Positions 63,336-64,000 of a DNA stretch of 64,000 nucleotides are shown here, one piece after another. The DNA comes from Alphaproteobacteria bacterium. GTDB lineage: Bacteria > Pseudomonadota > Alphaproteobacteria > SHVV01. Every line of letters starts with the position of its first letter. Positions within the stretch are counted from its first letter, which is position 1. The translations under genes were made by a program, and so were the position numbers. The notes below the pieces were generated by a model. The model saw only the letters and a program-made list of their open reading frames with translations. It was not told the origin of the DNA and searched no databases. Location of the stretch: NCBI GenBank assembly GCA_965261735.1, contig OZ253470.1, positions 1,440,001-1,504,000 on the forward strand, written 5' to 3'.

Positions 63336-63872
63336 ATGCTCGATGATCTTGCTCCGGGCGAGGTGCGCGAGGTGGAGCTTCTCGTCGCCTTCTTCGATAT
63401 CGCCGGGTTCGCGCGGCACGCGCGCAGCCATAGCGCTCGCACGATCTTCGATATTTGCGCCCGGTATTTCGAGCGCGCGGGCGACATCATCGAGGAAGGC
63501 GGCGGCCGGCTCATCAAGACGATCGGCGACGCGGGCCTCGTCCTCTTCGACGATGCCGAGCCCGGGATCGCCGCATTGCGCACCCTGCAGACAGAAGCCG
63601 AAGCCTGGCTCGTCGAGCAGGGCTGGCAGGTGCGGATCCTCGTCAAAGCGCACTACGGGCCGGTGGCGTGCGGGTTCATGGGCCCGCACGGCGACAAGCG
63701 CCTCGACGTCTACGGTGAGACCGTGAACATGGCCGCCCTGGTGGCGCCGCGCGACCACGGCTTCGCGATGACGCCCGAGGTCTTTCGCCGGCTGAGCCCC
63801 GCGACGCAGAGGCTCTACACGGAACGCACCCCACCCATCGTCTACGTGCCCCTCGAGGCGGGCGAAGCCTGA
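63336..63872 (+). CDS. Stand-alone class III adenylate/guanylate cyclase domain protein
   Basis: FFDIAGF, KTIGD, DVYGETVN. Confidence 0.8.
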   Translation: MLDDLAPGEVREVELLVAFFDIAGFARHARSHSARTIFDICARYFERAGDIIEEGGGRLIKTIGDAGLVLFDDAEPGIAALRTLQTEAEAWLVEQGWQVRILVKAHYGPVACGFMGPHGDKRLDVYGETVNMAALVAPRDHGFAMTPEVFRRLSPATQRLYTERTPPIVYVPLEAGEA

Positions 63873-63893
63873 GCCAGCTCGCTTAGATCGAGA

Positions 63894-64000
63894 TCACGCC
63901 GCGGGCCGGAGGGCAACCTCGGCCTCGGCGCCGGTGCGCTCCGTGACACGGCCGATGATGTCGGCCCGCGCGCATCCGGCGGCCCGCAGGGCGGCCACAC
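63894..64000 (-). CDS. C-terminus of a probable selenide,water dikinase (PurM-like fold), truncated by window edge
   Basis: VAALRAAGCARADIIGRV resembles SelD C-termini; only 34 codons visible. Confidence 0.45.
   Translation of the reverse strand, partial: VAALRAAGCARADIIGRVTERTGAEAEVALRPAA

Noticed and set aside
63894-64000. Selenoproteins (UGA read-through) near the putative selD
   Set aside because: The TGA-ending genes inspected finish at plausible family C-termini; the only in-frame stop found is TAG

Overview
High-GC (about 70% by eye) alphaproteobacterial chromosome, Rhodospirillales-like by gene content (inference). Most of the window is housekeeping and catabolic genes: pyrD, class I lysS, dinG, SAM-II riboswitch-metZ-apaG-folE-trkH-argE, argD-argF-hslO, a polar amino-acid ABC transporter, a divergent aconitase, hydantoinase/oxoprolinase A/B and tRNA-Gly(CCC). 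Two mobile-element events can be resolved at base level. (1) A 2278-bp IS1595-family element with perfect 25-bp terminal inverted repeats and an 8-bp target duplication sits in the active-site motif of a TPR/GT41 O-GlcNAc-transferase-like gene. It carries low-GC cargo: two small ORFs and an ImmA/IrrE-like ORF with KExxH. (2) The signal-peptide coding region of a PEP-CTERM trypsin-like protease has been hit by two different IS elements, one IS1595-type with direct rather than inverted end repeats and one IS630. This separates the gene from its putative enhancer/IHF/sigma54 promoter. Several predicted pseudoenzymes (subtilase, SNase) and a REP/BIME-like repeat family also occur. Five small frameshifts and one in-frame TAG suggest long-read consensus errors or ongoing decay. 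All product calls come from motif recognition by eye; no searches were run.
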